Shown in pieces: positions 60,634 to 64,000 of a stretch of DNA of 64,000 nt (position 1 is its first letter; each line of letters starts with the position of its first letter). A model generated the notes under the pieces. It was not told the DNA's origin. It searched no databases and was given only the letters and a program-made list of their open reading frames with translations. Both the position numbers and the translations under genes were made by a program. The DNA comes from Nitrosopumilus sp. (GTDB taxonomy: Archaea > Thermoproteota > Nitrososphaeria > Nitrososphaerales > Nitrosopumilaceae): assembly GCA_965238275.1 (NCBI GenBank), contig OZ250186.1:672001-736000 (forward strand), read 5' to 3'.

Positions 60634-61135
60634 ACGTCAAACTGCGTGATCCTTGGATGTGCAAGTTTCATCATGATCGTCATGTCGTAAACAATATCTG
60701 TTTCCCGGGAGCACTTCACGATCCTGCGTGACAGTTCCTGTGATTGTGTTATGCTGATGCTTTTGCTGACAATCATGTATACGAACAGAACTTGTTTTCT
60801 TAAAAAAGGACGCATTAATTGCAGGAACATACTCTTAACTATAGTTTCAAACAGAATGAGATCTGTTGGAGACGCATAGAAAACTTATGGTACTTGGAGC
60901 CGTCCTGCTGGCCGGAACCCTGATACTGGACCATTACGACTATGAGATTCCCGGAATACAGGTCAGCTACGCGTATGTAACCGGACTTGGGATGCTGGCA
61001 TGTTTTGCAGGCAGCCTGGTCATGTTTACAAAAGATAAGATATGACACAAGCATCCTTGCGCATGTGCTCCCATGAATGGAACGAGACTGCAATGCTTGA
61101 GTGAAGGTTATAAGCAATTACCCGATCTTGCGATC

Positions 61136-61501
61136 ATGCCAGGCAATGAGATTGCGGTTCCCAAGGAGATAAGGGAGTTCATGCCTGAAGGCGCAGAGGA
61201 GACCATCCTGGGCCAGAAGAACGGCGCACGCAGGCAGTACCGGTACGGCAACCTGCACATAAGGGAGTATGATGACAAGTTTCTGGTTCACGCCGACGGG
61301 GTTGATCCCAGGAGAGATCCCATAGGACATCTGGTGACTGATGCCCCGGAGGTTCTGGCAGGTCTGGCATGTGCAATATTTTCCGGCTCCCTGACTGCAG
61401 GGAACAGGAGGCCGTCCCTTGCCTCAAGACTGGCACTGTCTGCTGTTTCGGGGTATCTGGGATATGTTGCAGCCAAAAAAATCAAGGATCGTATGGGGTA
61501 G
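61136..61501 (+). CDS. Hypothetical protein with C-terminal hydrophobic segments
   Basis: QYRYGNLHIREYDD...H.D.VDP..DP.GHL..DAPE; co-oriented with the next gene. Confidence 0.75.
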   Translation: MPGNEIAVPKEIREFMPEGAEETILGQKNGARRQYRYGNLHIREYDDKFLVHADGVDPRRDPIGHLVTDAPEVLAGLACAIFSGSLTAGNRRPSLASRLALSAVSGYLGYVAAKKIKDRMG

Positions 61502-61506
61502 ATGCC

Positions 61507-63051
61507 ATGTCCACACTCAGAACCGTCCGGGTACTAGTCAGACTTCTTCCCTCAATCATCGCGCTGCGCAGGGACAGGAAGAGATGGGTCAAAAAGGAAG
61601 ACAGGGTTGATCAAGCAAAGTTTCAAAGGCATGCTCGAAAGATGCTTGATACATTCATCTCGCTTGGGCCTGTATACATAAAACTGGGACAGTGGCTCTC
61701 ATCAAGAGCAGACATACTGCCCCAACCGTATCTTGTGGAGCTTGCAAAACTGCAGGACAGCGTCCCTGCAGCCCCGTTTGATCTGGTAAGGCCGGTAATC
61801 GAGAGGGATCTGGGACCCATATCAGAGAGATTCGATGAGATAGATACCAGCCCAATATCCGGCGCATCGCTGGGTCAGGTCTATCTGGGAACATCCTCCG
61901 GCAGGCAGATGGCCATCAAGGTAAAGAGGCCCGGCATCGAGAAAGTCGTGGCCCTGGACATAAGGGTTCTGAAGAAGGTGCTTCCGCTGGCACTTAGGTT
62001 TGTAGATCCGGCCCTGCGGTATTCTGCAAAGGCCATGCTGGCCCAGTTCATAGAGACCATTCACGAGGAGATGGACTACACCCGCGAGTCGGCTAACCTC
62101 AAGAGGATCAAACACGACATGAGGGGTAACAAAAAGGTCGTGGTTCCGTCCGTATACGACGATCTCTCCTCAAAGAACGTCCTTACAATGGAGTATGTCC
62201 CCGGAATCAAGATAACAAACATTGAATCGCTCGAAGAGAAGGGAATCGACAGGAAGGCACTGGTCATTGATGTCCACAAGGTCTTCTTTACGATGCTTTT
62301 ACGGTACTCTGTGTTCCATGCAGACCCCCACCCGGGAAACATCTCGGTGACTGATGATGGCAGGCTGATTCTGTACGACTATGGGATGGTGGGAAGGCTT
62401 GACAACGAGACCCGGCTCAGGCTGGTCCGGCTGTATCTTGCCCTGGTGGAGAAGGATCCTGCAAGAACCGTCAATGCGATGGACGATCTTGGCATGCTGA
62501 CTCCGGAATCCAACAGGATGGTGATAGAGAAGGGAATCGGGATGACCATTGGCGCAATGCATGGCAAAAAGCCTGATGACATGGAGGTGGAGAGTTTGAT
62601 GGAACTTGCAAACAGGACCATGAGCAAGTTTCCGTTCGTATTGCCAAAGAACTTGGCCCTGTACATGAGGATGGCGTCGATCATTGAGGGAATCTACAAG
62701 ACGCACAAGGTTGACTTTAAATTTGTCAAGGTGGTCCGGGAGATACTCCAGGAGGAGAGGCTGATCAAGGACGCATACATAGAGGAGCTCAAGTACTCCT
62801 TTGAGAGGCTTGCAAAGTCCATCGACGCCACCATATCTGTCGCACCCGAACTCAAGAGGTTTTTGGACGAGAACCGGTCATTACAGTACGGCCCAAGATC
62901 CCGAACCGACAGACTGATTCCAAGCAGCATACTCTCGGCTGCAATATTTCTCGGCTCTGCTGTAATATACACGACTGATGCCACGATTGGCGCTGCCGGC
63001 ATGATATCATCGCTGATACTGATGGGCGTATTTGTAGCGTTTAGAAGGTAA
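61507..63051 (+). CDS. ABC1/AarF/UbiB-family atypical kinase
   Basis: YIKLGQ, ASLGQVY, IKVKRP, FHADPHPGN, YDYGM. Confidence 0.93.
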   Translation: MSTLRTVRVLVRLLPSIIALRRDRKRWVKKEDRVDQAKFQRHARKMLDTFISLGPVYIKLGQWLSSRADILPQPYLVELAKLQDSVPAAPFDLVRPVIERDLGPISERFDEIDTSPISGASLGQVYLGTSSGRQMAIKVKRPGIEKVVALDIRVLKKVLPLALRFVDPALRYSAKAMLAQFIETIHEEMDYTRESANLKRIKHDMRGNKKVVVPSVYDDLSSKNVLTMEYVPGIKITNIESLEEKGIDRKALVIDVHKVFFTMLLRYSVFHADPHPGNISVTDDGRLILYDYGMVGRLDNETRLRLVRLYLALVEKDPARTVNAMDDLGMLTPESNRMVIEKGIGMTIGAMHGKKPDDMEVESLMELANRTMSKFPFVLPKNLALYMRMASIIEGIYKTHKVDFKFVKVVREILQEERLIKDAYIEELKYSFERLAKSIDATISVAPELKRFLDENRSLQYGPRSRTDRLIPSSILSAAIFLGSAVIYTTDATIGAAGMISSLILMGVFVAFRR

Positions 63052-63432
63052 CTACTCTATGGTGATGTCGGTTCCGTCCTTCCGGATGGGAATTGTAACT
63101 GTCAGGATCCCGTCTGCGTATCTTGCAGACGTGACTGCCTCCTCTGCCGGGTGAACCGGAAGTCTTACCCTCTTGTCAATTATGTCCGGCCGCTGGTTGC
63201 AGATCATGTCGTGTTCCTTTTTTGCATCCCTGCTGGCCTTGATGCCAAGAATCCTTCCCCTCAATGACAGCTTGATGTCCTTCTTTTCAAATCCCGGCAT
63301 GTCTGCCTGCAGTACCAGCACGTCCCCGTCCAGATGCATGTCCACCGGCGGCAGGACAAACTCGTAAAACTCCTTTGACTTGTTTCCAATCTCCCTCATC
63401 ATCTCTCTTGCCATCGATCCGGCCAATCCCAT
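63052..63432 (-). CDS. Small heat-shock protein Hsp20
   Basis: PPVDM, ADMPG, A.Y.DGILTV.IP. Confidence 0.92.
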   Translation of the reverse strand: MGLAGSMAREMMREIGNKSKEFYEFVLPPVDMHLDGDVLVLQADMPGFEKKDIKLSLRGRILGIKASRDAKKEHDMICNQRPDIIDKRVRLPVHPAEEAVTSARYADGILTVTIPIRKDGTDITIE

Positions 63433-63542
63433 TTTCTATTGTATCCAATTTTTACTTATAAAGCTTGATGGATTCAAAACTAGGCCGCCCCCAAAACCAG
63501 ACGGGGGATTAATTAATACGGGATTGACTATCGTCTATACTC

Positions 63543-64000
63543 ATGATTGTTGTAATCGAGGGCGGGGATCAGGCAGGCAAGATGACCCAGTCTGCCATGC
63601 TCAAGCAGACCCTTACTGCACGTGGAGATAAAGTACAACAGTTTGACTTTCCGGATTATACCACCCCGGTAGGACATGAGATCAGGCGATACCTGGAGAG
63701 GAAACAAGAGTACGCACCACAGGTAATCCACTGCCTTCTAGCTGCAAACAGATGGGAGAAATTTCATGACATTGAGGAGGCCCAGAGGAACAACGACTTT
63801 TTGATAATGAACAGGTACTACCACTCCAACATCGTGTACGGCACTACCAACGGGGTGAACCGCCGGTGGCTTGAGAATCTTGACTCCGGGCTGCCCAAGG
63901 CAGACATCGTCATTCTGCTGGACATTGCAGCAGAAGAGTCGTTCCGCAGGAAGAGCCTTGATCGTGACAGGTTTGAAGGGAATGTGGAGTTTGTCAGGCA
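63543..64000 (+). CDS. tmk: Thymidylate kinase, 3' end outside window
   Basis: Manual translation MIVVIEGGDQAGK.TQ, FPDY.TP.G, ANRWE, NRYYHSNIVYG. Confidence 0.92.
   Translation, partial: MIVVIEGGDQAGKMTQSAMLKQTLTARGDKVQQFDFPDYTTPVGHEIRRYLERKQEYAPQVIHCLLAANRWEKFHDIEEAQRNNDFLIMNRYYHSNIVYGTTNGVNRRWLENLDSGLPKADIVILLDIAAEESFRRKSLDRDRFEGNVEFVR

Larger units (their letters stand above)
59410..60841 (-). pseudogene. tnpB: Truncated second member of the TIR-TnpB family (left end plus N-terminal ~70 codons), split by IS481 element E
   Basis: MIVSKSISITQSQELSRRIVKCSRETDIVYDMTIMMKLAHPRITQFDV|NNLITGWCREFDLTGACHMHEA aligns with the ORF starting at 38147; end (rc) TAGTTAAGAGTATGTTCCTGCAA, followed outside by TA-G. 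Confidence 0.85.

Overview
Archaeal chromosomal DNA. The gene set (thaumarchaeal-type PriS/PriL, AglB, aIF2 subunits, a PEFG-CTERM fragment, bacterial-type MetK, anaerobic cobalamin genes) points to Nitrososphaeria, probably Nitrosopumilaceae. The heavy IS load suggests a host-associated lineage (inference). The housekeeping backbone (cbi genes, aIF2a/nop10/aglB, aIF2g/rps6e, primase, glyS, rqcH, metK, lhr, RPA, grpE-dnaK-dnaJ, three tRNAs) is interrupted by many mobile elements whose ends and target duplications can be read directly: one IS5, five IS481 and one IS66. Best candidates for something new: (1) a transposase-less TnpB element (36710-38215) with 25-bp terminal inverted repeats and a TA duplication at CTAG, i.e. 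IS630/Tc1-like ends instead of IS605/IS607 ends; removing it restores a PEFG-CTERM reading frame, and a second diverged family member ends at 60841; (2) two cargo-carrying non-autonomous transposons (574-1524 and 36592-41380) built from one family of GGCTCTG-type ends and 47-bp end-to-end palindromes, each with an 8-bp target duplication, carrying gene fragments and a UbiA/UbiC/UbiE-like trio; (3) a primase large subunit with a 281-aa in-frame N-terminal extension containing an RxxxxH (HEPN-like) motif; (4) nearly nucleotide-perfect Pro/Ser/acidic repeat expansions in both GrpE and DnaK. All calls were made by eye; no database searches were run.
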